DNA of 11,166 nt, from UHGV virus genome UHGV-1660291; one strand, given 5' to 3'. The position numbers were made by a program, and so were the translations under genes. How positions within the stretch are numbered: the first letter of the stretch is position 1; every line of letters begins with the position of its first letter. This document shows positions 1 through 7,661 of this stretch, in pieces. The notes under the pieces were generated by a model, which had not been told where the DNA came from, ran no database searches, and saw nothing but the letters and a program-made list of their open reading frames with translations. The DNA comes from a virus.

Positions 1-314
1 TTACCCATTACCAGCCGCTGGGCAACAGTGACCCGGCTCATACCGCAACCGCGCCCGGCGGGTTGAGTGCGAAAGCGCCTGCAATGACCCCGCTGATGCT
101 GGACACCTCCACCCGTAAGCTGGTTGCGTGGGATGGCACCACCGACGGTGCTGCCGTTGGCATTCTTGCAGTTGCTGCTGACCAGACCAGCACCACACTG
201 ACGTTCTACAAGTCCGGCACGTTCCGTTATGAGGATGTGCTCTGGCCGGAGGCTGCCAGCGACGAGACGAAAAAACGGACCGCGTTTGCCGGAACGGCAA
301 TCAGCATCGTTTAA
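1..314 (+). CDS. D: Head decoration protein gpD, 3' portion (start codon lies upstream of the window)
   Basis: Frame 3 is open from nt 3 to TAA at 312-314. Translation [45 protein letters not shown]...AGTAISIV is recognised from memory as lambda gpD-like. Sits immediately upstream of the major capsid gene. Confidence 0.9.
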   Translation, partial: THYQPLGNSDPAHTATAPGGLSAKAPAMTPLMLDTSTRKLVAWDGTTDGAAVGILAVAADQTSTTLTFYKSGTFRYEDVLWPEAASDETKKRTAFAGTAISIV

Positions 315-333
315 CCTGACCCTTCATCACTAA

Positions 334-356
334 AGGCCGCCTGTGCGGCTTTTTTT
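334..356 (+). terminator. D/E intergenic GC-rich hairpin followed by a T7 run (terminator-like or RNA-stabilising stem-loop)
   Basis: GCCGC (336-340), loop CTGT (341-344), GCGGC (345-349), then TTTTTTT (350-356); a second T7 run at 363-369 lies directly before the E start codon. Confidence 0.4.
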
Positions 357-369
357 ACGGGATTTTTTT

Positions 370-1395
370 ATGTCGATGTACACAACCGCCCAGCTGCTGG
401 CGGCAAATGAGCAGAAATTTAAGTTTGATCCGCTGTTTCTGCGTCTCTTTTTCCGTGAGAGCTATCCCTTCACCACGGAGAAAGTCTATCTCTCACAAAT
501 TCCTGGACTGGTAAACATGGCGCTGTACGTTTCGCCAATTGTTTCCGGTGAGGTTATCCGTTCCCGTGGCGGCTCCACCTCTGAATTTACGCCGGGTTAT
601 GTCAAGCCGAAGCATGAGGTGAATCCGCAGATGACCCTGCGTCGCCTGCCGGATGAAGATCCGCAGAATCTGGCGGACCCGGCTTACCGCCGCCGTCGCA
701 TCATCCTGCAGAACATGCGTGACGAAGAGCTGGCCATTGCTCAGGTCGAAGAGATGCAGGCAGTTTCTGCCGTGCTCAAGGGCAAATACACCATGACCGG
801 TGAAGCCTTCGATCCGGTTGAGGTGGATATGGGCCGCAGTGCGGCGAACAACATCACGCAGTCCGGCGGCACGGAGTGGAGCAAGCGTGACAAGTCCACG
901 TATGACCCGACCGACGATATCGAAGCCTACGCGCTGAACGCCAGCGGCGTGGTGAATATCATCGTGTTTGACCCGAAAGGCTGGGCGCTGTTCCGTTCCT
1001 TCAAAGCCGTCAGGGAGAAGCTGGATACCCGTCGCGGCTCTAATTCCGAGCTGGAGACAGCGGTAAAAGACCTGGGCGAAGCGGTGTCCTATAAGGGGAT
1101 GTATGGCGATACGGCGATCGTCGTGTATTCCGGACAGTACGTGGAAAACGACGTCAAAAAGAACTTTCTGCCGGACAACACGATGGTGCTGGGGAACACT
1201 CAGGCACGCGGTCTGCGCACCTATGGCTGCATTCAGGATGCGGACGCACAGCGCGAAGGTATTAACGCCTCTGCCCGCTACCCGAAAAACTGGGTGACCA
1301 CCGGCGATCCGGCGCGTGAGTTCACCATGATTCAGTCAGCACCGCTGATGCTGCTGGCTGATCCTGATGCGTTCGTGTCCGTACAACTGGCGTAA
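370..1395 (+). CDS. E: Major capsid protein gpE
   Basis: 341-codon ORF beginning ATG 370 (MSMYTTAQLLAANEQKF...) and ending TAA 1393-1395; recognised as lambda gpE-like; position after D. The six-frame ORF begins at an in-frame GTG at 343, which lies inside the upstream hairpin and was not used. Confidence 0.95.
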   Translation: MSMYTTAQLLAANEQKFKFDPLFLRLFFRESYPFTTEKVYLSQIPGLVNMALYVSPIVSGEVIRSRGGSTSEFTPGYVKPKHEVNPQMTLRRLPDEDPQNLADPAYRRRRIILQNMRDEELAIAQVEEMQAVSAVLKGKYTMTGEAFDPVEVDMGRSAANNITQSGGTEWSKRDKSTYDPTDDIEAYALNASGVVNIIVFDPKGWALFRSFKAVREKLDTRRGSNSELETAVKDLGEAVSYKGMYGDTAIVVYSGQYVENDVKKNFLPDNTMVLGNTQARGLRTYGCIQDADAQREGINASARYPKNWVTTGDPAREFTMIQSAPLMLLADPDAFVSVQLA

Positions 1396-1397
1396 TC

Positions 1398-1420
1398 ATG
1401 GCCCTTCGGGGCCATTTTCT
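1398..1420 (+). other. E/FI intergenic hairpin with UUCG tetraloop and U-rich 3' tail
   Basis: ATGGCCC (1398-1404), loop TTCG (1405-1408), GGGCCAT (1409-1415): perfect 7-bp stem, followed by TTTCTCTCT. Lies between the E stop and the FI ribosome-binding site (GGAGG 1427-1431). Confidence 0.45.
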
Positions 1421-1436
1421 CTCTGTGGAGGAGTCC

Positions 1437-1832
1437 ATGACGAAAGATGAACTGATTGCCCGTCTTCAGGTGCTGGGTGAGCAACTGAACCGTGATGTCA
1501 GCCTGACGGGGACGAAAGAAGAACTGGTGCTCCGTGTGGCAGAGCTGGAAGAGGAGCTTGATGACACGGATGACGCTGCCGGTCAGGACACATCTGTCAG
1601 CCCGGAAAATGCGCTGACCGGACATGAAAATGAGGTGGTATCAGCGCAGCCGGATACCGTGATTGATACGGCTGCTCTGGTCACGGTCGTGGCACTGGTG
1701 ACGCTGCATACTGATGCACTTCACGCCACGCGGGATGAGCCTGTGGCATTTGTGCTGCCGGGAACGGCGTTTCGTGTCTCTGCCGGTGTGGCAGCCGAAA
1801 TGACAGAACATGGCCTGGCCAGAATGCAATAA
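1437..1832 (+). CDS. FI: DNA packaging / head assembly protein gpFI
   Basis: ATG 1437 preceded by GGAGG at 1427-1431; translation MTKDELIARLQVLGEQLNRDVSLTGTKEEL... (132 aa) recognised as lambda FI-like; stop TAA 1830-1832. Confidence 0.92.
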   Translation: MTKDELIARLQVLGEQLNRDVSLTGTKEELVLRVAELEEELDDTDDAAGQDTSVSPENALTGHENEVVSAQPDTVIDTAALVTVVALVTLHTDALHATRDEPVAFVLPGTAFRVSAGVAAEMTEHGLARMQ

Positions 1833-1843
1833 CGGGAGGCGCT

Positions 1844-2197
1844 GTGGCTGATTCCGATAACCTGTTCGATGCTGCCATTGCCCGCGCCGATGAAACGATA
1901 CGCGGGTACATGGGAACGTCAGCCACCATGACATCCGGTGAGCTGTCCGGTGCTGTGATACGTGGTGTTTTTGATGACCCTGAAAATATCAGCTATGCCG
2001 GACAGGGGGTGCGCGTTGAAGGCTCCAGCCCGTCCCTGTTTGTCCGGACTGATGATGTGCGGCAGCTGCGGCGTGGAGACACACTGACCATCGGCGAGGA
2101 AAACTTCTGGGTGGACCGGATTTCGCCGGATGATGGCGGAAGCTGTCATCTCTGGCTTGGGCGTGGCGTGCCGCCTGCCGTTAACCGTCGCCGCTGA
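1844..2197 (+). CDS. FII: Head-tail connector / head completion protein gpFII
   Basis: GTG start at 1844 preceded by GGGAGG at 1834-1839; 117 aa (MADSDNLFDAAIARADETIRGYMG...) recognised as lambda FII-like; stop TGA 2195-2197. Confidence 0.92.
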   Translation: MADSDNLFDAAIARADETIRGYMGTSATMTSGELSGAVIRGVFDDPENISYAGQGVRVEGSSPSLFVRTDDVRQLRRGDTLTIGEENFWVDRISPDDGGSCHLWLGRGVPPAVNRRR

Positions 2198-2208
2198 AAG
2201 GGGGATGT

Positions 2209-2787
2209 ATGGCCATAAAAGGTCTTGAGCAGGCCGTTGAAAACCTCAGCCGTATCAGCAAAACGGCGGTGCCTGGTGCCGCCGCAATGGCCATTAACCG
2301 CGTTGCGTCATCCGCGATATCGCAGTCTGCGTCACAGGTTGCCCGTGAGACAAAGGTACGCCGGAAACTGGTAAAGGAAAGGGCCAGGCTGAAAAGGGCC
2401 ACGGTCAAAAATCCGCAGGCCAGAATCAGGGTTAACCGGGGGGATTTGCCCGTAATCAAGCTGGGTAACGCGCGGGTTGTCCTTTCCCGCCGCAGACGTC
2501 GTAAAAAGGGGCAGCGTTCATCCCTGAAAGGTGGCGGCAGCGTGCTTGTGGTGGGAAACCGTCGTATTCCCGGCGCGTTTATTCAGCAACTGAAAAATGG
2601 CCGGTGGCATGTCATGCAGCGTGTGGTCGGGAAAAACCGTTACCCCATTGATGTGGTGAAAATCCCGATGGCGGTGCCGCTGACCACGGCGTTTAAACAA
2701 AATATTGAGCGGATACGGCGTGAACGTCTTCCGAAAGAGCTGGGCTATGCGCTGCAGCATCAACTGAGGATGGTAATAAAGCGATGA
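2209..2787 (+). CDS. Z: Tail completion protein gpZ
   Basis: ATG 2209 preceded by AAGGGGGA; 192 aa (MAIKGLEQAVENLSRISK...) recognised as lambda Z-like; stop TGA 2785-2787 overlaps the U start (ATGA). Confidence 0.93.
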   Translation: MAIKGLEQAVENLSRISKTAVPGAAAMAINRVASSAISQSASQVARETKVRRKLVKERARLKRATVKNPQARIRVNRGDLPVIKLGNARVVLSRRRRRKKGQRSSLKGGGSVLVVGNRRIPGAFIQQLKNGRWHVMQRVVGKNRYPIDVVKIPMAVPLTTAFKQNIERIRRERLPKELGYALQHQLRMVIKR

Positions 2788-3179
2788 AACATACTGAACT
2801 CCGTGCAGCCGTACTGGATGCACTGGAGAAGCATGACACCGGGGCGACGTTTTTTGATGGTCGCCCCGCTGTTTTTGATGAGGCGGATTTTCCGGCAGTT
2901 GCCGTTTATCTCACCGGCGCTGAATACACGGGCGAAGAGCTGGACAGCGATACATGGCAGGCGGAGCTGCATATTGAAGTTTTCCTGCCTGCTCAGGTGC
3001 CGGATTCAGAGCTGGATGCGTGGATGGAGTCCCGGATTTATCCGGTGATGAGTGATATCCCGGCACTGTCAGATTTGATCACCAGTATGGTGGCCAGCGG
3101 CTATGACTACCGGCGCGACGATGATGCGGGCCTGTGGAGTTCAGCCGATCTGACTTATGTCATTACCTATGAAATGTGA
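2784..3179 (+). CDS. U: Tail tube terminator protein gpU
   Basis: ATG 2784 in an ATGA overlap with the Z stop; 131 aa ([20 protein letters not shown]...) recognised as lambda U-like; stop TGA 3177-3179. Confidence 0.93.
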   Translation: MKHTELRAAVLDALEKHDTGATFFDGRPAVFDEADFPAVAVYLTGAEYTGEELDSDTWQAELHIEVFLPAQVPDSELDAWMESRIYPVMSDIPALSDLITSMVASGYDYRRDDDAGLWSSADLTYVITYEM

Positions 3180-3186
3180 GGACGCT

Positions 3187-3927
3187 ATGCCTGTACCAAA
3201 TCCTGTAATGCCGGTGAAAGGTGCCGGGACCACCCTGTGGGTTTATAAGGGGAGTGGTGACCCTTATGCGAATCCGCTTTCAGACGTTGACTGGTCGCGT
3301 CTGGCAAAAGTTAAAGACCTGACGCCCGGCGAACTGACCGCTGAGTCCTATGACGACAGCTATCTCGATGATGAAGATGCAGACTGGACTGCGACCGGGC
3401 AGGGGCAGAAATCTGCCGGAGATACCAGCTTCACGCTGGCGTGGATGCCCGGAGAGCAGGGGCAGCAGGCGCTGCTGGCGTGGTTTAATGAAGGCGATAC
3501 CCGTGCCTATAAAATCCGCTTCCCGAACGGCACGGTCGATGTGTTCCGTGGCTGGGTCAGCAGTATCGGTAAGGCGGTGACGGCGAAGGAAGTGATCACC
3601 CGCACGGTGAAAGTCACCAATGTGGGACGTCCGTCGATGGCAGAAGATCGCAGCACGGTAACAGCGGCAACCGGTATGACTGTGACGCCTGCCAGCACCT
3701 CGGTGGTGAAAGGGCGGAGCACCACGCTGACCGTGGCATTCCAGCCGGAAGGCGCAACCGACAAGAGCTTCCGTGCGGTGTCTGCAGATAAAACAAAAGC
3801 CACCGTGTCGGTCAGTGGTATGACTATCACCGTGAAAGGTGTTGCTGCAGGCAAGGTCAACATTCCGGTTGTATCCGGTAATGGTGAGTTTGCTGCGGTT
3901 GCAGAAATCAACGTCACCGCCAGTTAA
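3187..3927 (+). CDS. V: Major tail tube protein gpV, with C-terminal Ig-like domain
   Basis: ATG 3187 preceded by GAGGA at 3178-3182; 246 aa ([31 protein letters not shown]...) recognised as lambda V-like; stop TAA 3925-3927. The six-frame ORF starts 10 codons upstream at 3157 inside the U coding region, without a ribosome-binding site. Confidence 0.93.
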   Translation: MPVPNPVMPVKGAGTTLWVYKGSGDPYANPLSDVDWSRLAKVKDLTPGELTAESYDDSYLDDEDADWTATGQGQKSAGDTSFTLAWMPGEQGQQALLAWFNEGDTRAYKIRFPNGTVDVFRGWVSSIGKAVTAKEVITRTVKVTNVGRPSMAEDRSTVTAATGMTVTPASTSVVKGRSTTLTVAFQPEGATDKSFRAVSADKTKATVSVSGMTITVKGVAAGKVNIPVVSGNGEFAAVAEINVTAS

Positions 3928-3942
3928 TCCGGAGAGTCAGCG

Positions 3943-4365
3943 ATGTTCCTGAAAACCGAATCATTTGAACATAACGGTGTGACCGTCACGCTTTCTGAAC
4001 TGTCAGCCCTGCAGCGTATTGAGCATCTCGCCCTGATGAAACGGCAGGCAGAACAGGCGGAGTCAGACAGCAACCGGAAGTTTACTGTGGAAGACGCCAT
4101 CAGAACCGGCGCGTTTCTGGTGGCGATGTCCCTGTGGCATAACCATCCGCAGAAGACGCAGATGCCGTCCATGAATGAAGCCGTTAAACAGATTGAGCAG
4201 GAAGTGCTTACCACCTGGCCCACGGAGGCAATTTCTCATGCTGAAAACGTGGTGTACCGGCTGTCTGGTATGTATGAGTTTGTGGTGAATAATGCCCCTG
4301 AACAGACAGAGGACGCCGGGCCCGCAGAGCCTGTTTCTGCGGGAAAGTGTTCGACGGTGAGCTGA
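3943..4365 (+). CDS. G: Tail assembly chaperone gpG
   Basis: ATG 3943 preceded by GGAGAG at 3931-3936; 140 aa (MFLKTESFEHNGVTVTLSELSALQRIEHL...) recognised as lambda G-like; stop TGA 4363-4365. Confidence 0.93.
   Translation: MFLKTESFEHNGVTVTLSELSALQRIEHLALMKRQAEQAESDSNRKFTVEDAIRTGAFLVAMSLWHNHPQKTQMPSMNEAVKQIEQEVLTTWPTEAISHAENVVYRLSGMYEFVVNNAPEQTEDAGPAEPVSAGKCSTVS
4341..4347 (+). other. Programmed -1 ribosomal frameshift slippery heptamer G GGA AAG (G to GT)
   Basis: GGGAAAG at 4341-4347, with GGA and AAG in the G frame, lies 16 nt upstream of the G stop codon. The -1 frame is open from 4347 to 4781 and has no convincing ribosome-binding site of its own. Confidence 0.85.
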
Positions 4366-4781
4366 GTTTTGCCCTGAAACTGGCGCGTGAGATGGGGCGA
4401 CCCGACTGGCGTGCCATGCTTGCCGGGATGTCATCCACGGAGTATGCCGACTGGCACCGCTTTTACAGTACCCATTATTTTCATGATGTTCTGCTGGATA
4501 TGCACTTTTCCGGGCTGACGTACACCGTGCTCAGCCTGTTTTTCAGCGATCCGGATATGCATCCGCTGGATTTCAGTTTGCTGAACCGGCGTGAGGCTGA
4601 CGAAGAGCCTGAAGATGATGTGCTGATGCAGAAAGCGGCAGGGCTTGCCGGAGGTGTCCGCTTTGGCCCGGACGGGAATGAAGTTATCCCTACTTCCCCG
4701 GATGTGGAGGACATGACGGAGGATGACGTAATGCTGATGACAGTATCAGAAGGGATCGCAGGAGGAGTCCGGTATGGCTGA
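4347..4781 (+). CDS. T: T segment of tail assembly chaperone gpGT, expressed as a G-T fusion by -1 frameshifting (joined product 3943..4346 + 4347..4781)
   Basis: ORF in the -1 frame relative to G, beginning at the slippery site and ending TGA 4779-4781; translation ...FDGELSFALKLAREMGRPDWRAMLAGMSSTEYADW... recognised as the lambda T region. Confidence 0.85.
   Translation: MFDGELSFALKLAREMGRPDWRAMLAGMSSTEYADWHRFYSTHYFHDVLLDMHFSGLTYTVLSLFFSDPDMHPLDFSLLNRREADEEPEDDVLMQKAAGLAGGVRFGPDGNEVIPTSPDVEDMTEDDVMLMTVSEGIAGGVRYG
4641..4667 (+). repeat. Copy 1 of a duplicated 27-nt / 9-aa motif in the T segment (G-L-A-G-G-V-R-F-G)
   Basis: GGGCTTGCCGGAGGTGTCCGCTTTGGC encodes GLAGGVRFG (T residues 99-107); imperfect direct repeat of 4752-4778. 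Confidence 0.7.
4752..4778 (+). repeat. Copy 2 of the duplicated motif (G-I-A-G-G-V-R-Y-G), the last 9 residues of GT
   Basis: GGGATCGCAGGAGGAGTCCGGTATGGC encodes GIAGGVRYG and also contains the H ribosome-binding site (GGAGGA 4761-4766) and the H start codon (ATG 4774-4776). Confidence 0.7.
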
Positions 4782-7335
4782 ACCGGTAGGCGATCTGGTC
4801 GTTGATTTAAGTCTGGATGCGGCCAGATTTGACGAGCAGATGGCCAGAGTCAGGCGTCATTTTTCCGGTACGGAAACTGATGCGAAAAAAACAGCGGCAG
4901 TCGTTGAACAGTCGCTGAGCCGACAGGCGCTGGCTGCACAGAAAGCGGGGATTTCCGTCGGGCAGTATAAAGCCGCCATGCGTATGCTGCCTGCACAGTT
5001 CACCGACGTGGCCACGCAGCTTGCAGGCGGGCAAAGCCCGTGGCTGATCCTGCTGCAACAGGGGGGTCAGGTTAAGGACTCCTTCGGCGGGATGATCCCC
5101 ATGTTCAGGGGGCTTGCCGGTGCGATCACCCTGCCGATGGTGGGGGCCACCTCGCTGGCGGTGGCGACCGGTGCGCTGGCGTATGCCTGGTATCAGGGCA
5201 ACTCAACCCTGTCCGATTTCAACAAAACGCTGGTCCTTTCCGGCAATCAGGCGGGACTGACGGCAGATCGTATGCTGGTCCTGTCCAGAGCCGGGCAGGC
5301 GGCAGGGCTGACGTTTAACCAGACCAGCGAGTCACTCAGCGCACTGGTTAAGGCGGGGGTAAGCGGTGAGGCTCAGATTGCGTCCATCAGCCAGAGTGTG
5401 GCGCGTTTCTCCTCTGCATCCGGCGTGGAGGTGGACAAGGTCGCTGAAGCCTTCGGGAAGCTGACCACAGACCCGACGTCGGGGCTGACGGCGATGGCAC
5501 GCCAGTTCCATAACGTGACGGCGGAGCAGATTGCGTATGTTGCTCAGTTGCAGCGTTCCGGCGATGAAGCCGGGGCATTGCAGGCGGCGAACGAGGCCGC
5601 AACGAAAGGGTTTGATGACCAGACCCGCCGCCTGAAAGAGAACATGGGCACGCTGGAGACCTGGGCAGACAGGACTGCGCGGGCATTCAAATCCATGTGG
5701 GATGCGGTGCTGGATATTGGTCGTCCTGATACCGCGCAGGAGATGCTGATTAAGGCAGAGGCTGCGTTTAAGAAAGCAGACGACATCTGGAATCTGCGCA
5801 AGGATGATTATTTTGTTAACGATGAAGCGCGGGCGCGTTACTGGGATGATCGTGAAAAGGCCCGTCTTGCGCTTGAAGCCGCCCGAAAGAAGGCTGAGCA
5901 GCAGACTCAACAGGACAAAAATGCGCAGCAGCAGAGCGATACCGAAGCGTCACGGCTGAAATATACCGAAGAGGCGCAGAAGGCTTACGAACGGCTGCAG
6001 ACGCCGCTGGAGAAATATACCGCCCGTCAGGAAGAACTGAACAAGGCACTGAAAGACGGGAAAATCCTGCAGGCGGATTACAACACGCTGATGGCGGCGG
6101 CGAAAAAGGATTATGAAGCGACGCTGAAAAAGCCGAAACAGTCCGGCGTGAAGGTGTCTGCGGGCGATCGTCAGGAAGACAGTGCTCATGCTGCCCTGCT
6201 GACGCTTCAGGCAGAACTCCGGACGCTGGAGAAGCATGCCGGAGCGAATGAGAAAATCAGCCAGCAGCGCCGGGATTTGTGGAAGGCGGAGAGCCAGTTC
6301 GCGGTACTGGAGGAGGCGGCGCAACGTCGCCAGCTGTCTGCACAGGAGAAATCCCTGCTGGCGCATAAAGATGAGACGCTGGAGTACAAACGCCAGCTGG
6401 CTGCACTTGGCGACAAGGTTACGTATCAGGAGCGCCTGAACGCGCTGGCGCAGCAGGCGGATAAATTCGCACAGCAGCAACGGGCAAAACGGGCCGCCAT
6501 TGATGCGAAAAGCCGGGGGCTGACTGACCGGCAGGCAGAACGGGAAGCCACGGAACAGCGCCTGAAGGAACAGTATGGCGATAATCCGCTGGCGCTGAAT
6601 AACGTCATGTCAGAGCAGAAAAAGACCTGGGCGGCTGAAGACCAGCTTCGCGGGAACTGGATGGCAGGCCTGAAGTCCGGCTGGAGTGAGTGGGAAGAGA
6701 GCGCCACGGACAGTATGTCGCAGGTAAAAAGTGCAGCCACGCAGACCTTTGATGGTATTGCACAGAATATGGCGGCGATGCTGACCGGCAGTGAGCAGAA
6801 CTGGCGCAGCTTTACCCGTTCCGTGCTGTCCATGATGACAGAAATTCTGCTTAAGCAGGCAATGGTGGGGATTGTCGGGAGTATCGGCAGCGCCATTGGC
6901 GGGGCTGTTGGTGGCGGCGCATCAGCGTCAGGCGGTACAGCCATTCAGGCAGCTGCGGCGAAACTCCATTTTGCGACCGGGGGATTTACGGGAACCGGCG
7001 GCAAATATGAGCCAGCGGGGATTGTTCACCGTGGTGAATTTGTCTTCACGAAGGAGGCAACCAGCCGGATTGGCGTGGGGAATCTCTACCGGCTGATGCG
7101 CGGCTATGCCACCGGTGGTTATGTCGGTGGCACCGGAAGTCCGGCGCAAATGCGGCGTTCAGAGGGTATCAGGTTTGAGCAGAACAACAACGTGGTGATT
7201 CAGAACGACGGTACGAATGGTCTGCCAGGTCCACAGATGATGAAAGCAGTGTATGACATGGCCCGCAAGGGTGCCCGTGATGAAATTCAGACACAGATGC
7301 GTGATGGTGGCCTGTTCTCCGGAGGTGGACGATGA
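4774..7335 (+). CDS. H: Tail tape measure protein gpH
   Basis: 853-codon ORF; ATG 4774 with GGAGGA at 4761-4766; N-terminus MAEPVGDLVVDLSLDAARFDEQMARV... recognised as lambda H-like. Long central Q/A/E/K/R-rich (coiled-coil-like) region and a Gly-rich C-terminal segment. Stop TGA 7333-7335 overlaps the M start. Confidence 0.95.
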   Translation: MAEPVGDLVVDLSLDAARFDEQMARVRRHFSGTETDAKKTAAVVEQSLSRQALAAQKAGISVGQYKAAMRMLPAQFTDVATQLAGGQSPWLILLQQGGQVKDSFGGMIPMFRGLAGAITLPMVGATSLAVATGALAYAWYQGNSTLSDFNKTLVLSGNQAGLTADRMLVLSRAGQAAGLTFNQTSESLSALVKAGVSGEAQIASISQSVARFSSASGVEVDKVAEAFGKLTTDPTSGLTAMARQFHNVTAEQIAYVAQLQRSGDEAGALQAANEAATKGFDDQTRRLKENMGTLETWADRTARAFKSMWDAVLDIGRPDTAQEMLIKAEAAFKKADDIWNLRKDDYFVNDEARARYWDDREKARLALEAARKKAEQQTQQDKNAQQQSDTEASRLKYTEEAQKAYERLQTPLEKYTARQEELNKALKDGKILQADYNTLMAAAKKDYEATLKKPKQSGVKVSAGDRQEDSAHAALLTLQAELRTLEKHAGANEKISQQRRDLWKAESQFAVLEEAAQRRQLSAQEKSLLAHKDETLEYKRQLAALGDKVTYQERLNALAQQADKFAQQQRAKRAAIDAKSRGLTDRQAEREATEQRLKEQYGDNPLALNNVMSEQKKTWAAEDQLRGNWMAGLKSGWSEWEESATDSMSQVKSAATQTFDGIAQNMAAMLTGSEQNWRSFTRSVLSMMTEILLKQAMVGIVGSIGSAIGGAVGGGASASGGTAIQAAAAKLHFATGGFTGTGGKYEPAGIVHRGEFVFTKEATSRIGVGNLYRLMRGYATGGYVGGTGSPAQMRRSEGIRFEQNNNVVIQNDGTNGLPGPQMMKAVYDMARKGARDEIQTQMRDGGLFSGGGR

Positions 7336-7661
7336 AAACCTTCCGCTGGAAAGTGAAACCCGGTATGGATGTGGCTTCGGCCCCTTCTGTAAGAAAGGTG
7401 CGCTTTGGTGATGGCTATTCCCAGCGAGCGCCTGCCGGGCTGAATGCCAACCTGAAAACGTACAGCGTGACGCTTTCTGTCTCCCGTGAGGAGGCCACGG
7501 TACTGGAGTCGTTTCTGGAAGAGCACGGGGGCTGGAAATCCTTTCTGTGGACGCCGCCTTATGAGTGGCGGCAGATAAAGGTGACCTGCGCAAAATGGTC
7601 GTCGCGGGTCAGTATGCTGCGTGTTGAGTTCAGCGCAGAGTTTGAACAGGTGGTGAACTGA
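7332..7661 (+). CDS. M: Tail tip protein gpM
   Basis: ATG 7332 in an ATGA overlap with the H stop; 109 aa (MKTFRWKVKPGMDVAS...) recognised as lambda M-like; stop TGA 7659-7661. Confidence 0.93.
   Translation: MKTFRWKVKPGMDVASAPSVRKVRFGDGYSQRAPAGLNANLKTYSVTLSVSREEATVLESFLEEHGGWKSFLWTPPYEWRQIKVTCAKWSSRVSMLRVEFSAEFEQVVN

Noticed and set aside
343-369. N-terminal extension of the capsid ORF from an in-frame GTG at 343 (MRLFLRDFF...)
   Set aside because: The extension lies inside the D/E hairpin and T-runs and encodes a low-complexity Phe/Leu peptide. ATG 370 gives the MSMYTT... N-terminus I recognise for the capsid protein.
1103-1297. 64-aa + strand ORF inside E in another frame
   Set aside because: It is entirely nested out of frame within the capsid gene, with no independent signal.
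1398-1436. FI ORF extended to ATG 1398 (MALRGHFLSVEES...)
   Set aside because: That ATG is the 5' arm of the E/FI hairpin. The ribosome-binding site GGAGG (1427-1431) is positioned for ATG 1437, which gives the MTKDEL... N-terminus.
3157-3186. V ORF extended to ATG 3157 ([10 protein letters not shown]...)
   Set aside because: It overlaps the end of U with no ribosome-binding site. ATG 3187 has GAGGA upstream and gives the expected MPVPNP... N-terminus.
4347-4349. Independent translation start for T at GTG 4347
   Set aside because: The GTG is part of the slippery heptamer, with no ribosome-binding site upstream. The T frame is best explained as the frameshift extension of G.
5332-6480. Reverse-strand ORFs of 192 aa and 176 aa antisense to the tape measure gene
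   Set aside because: These are mirror images of the Q/A/E/K-rich coiled-coil coding region (Leu/Arg/Gln-rich antisense) with no start context. The other short reverse-strand ORFs in the track are dismissed for the same reason.
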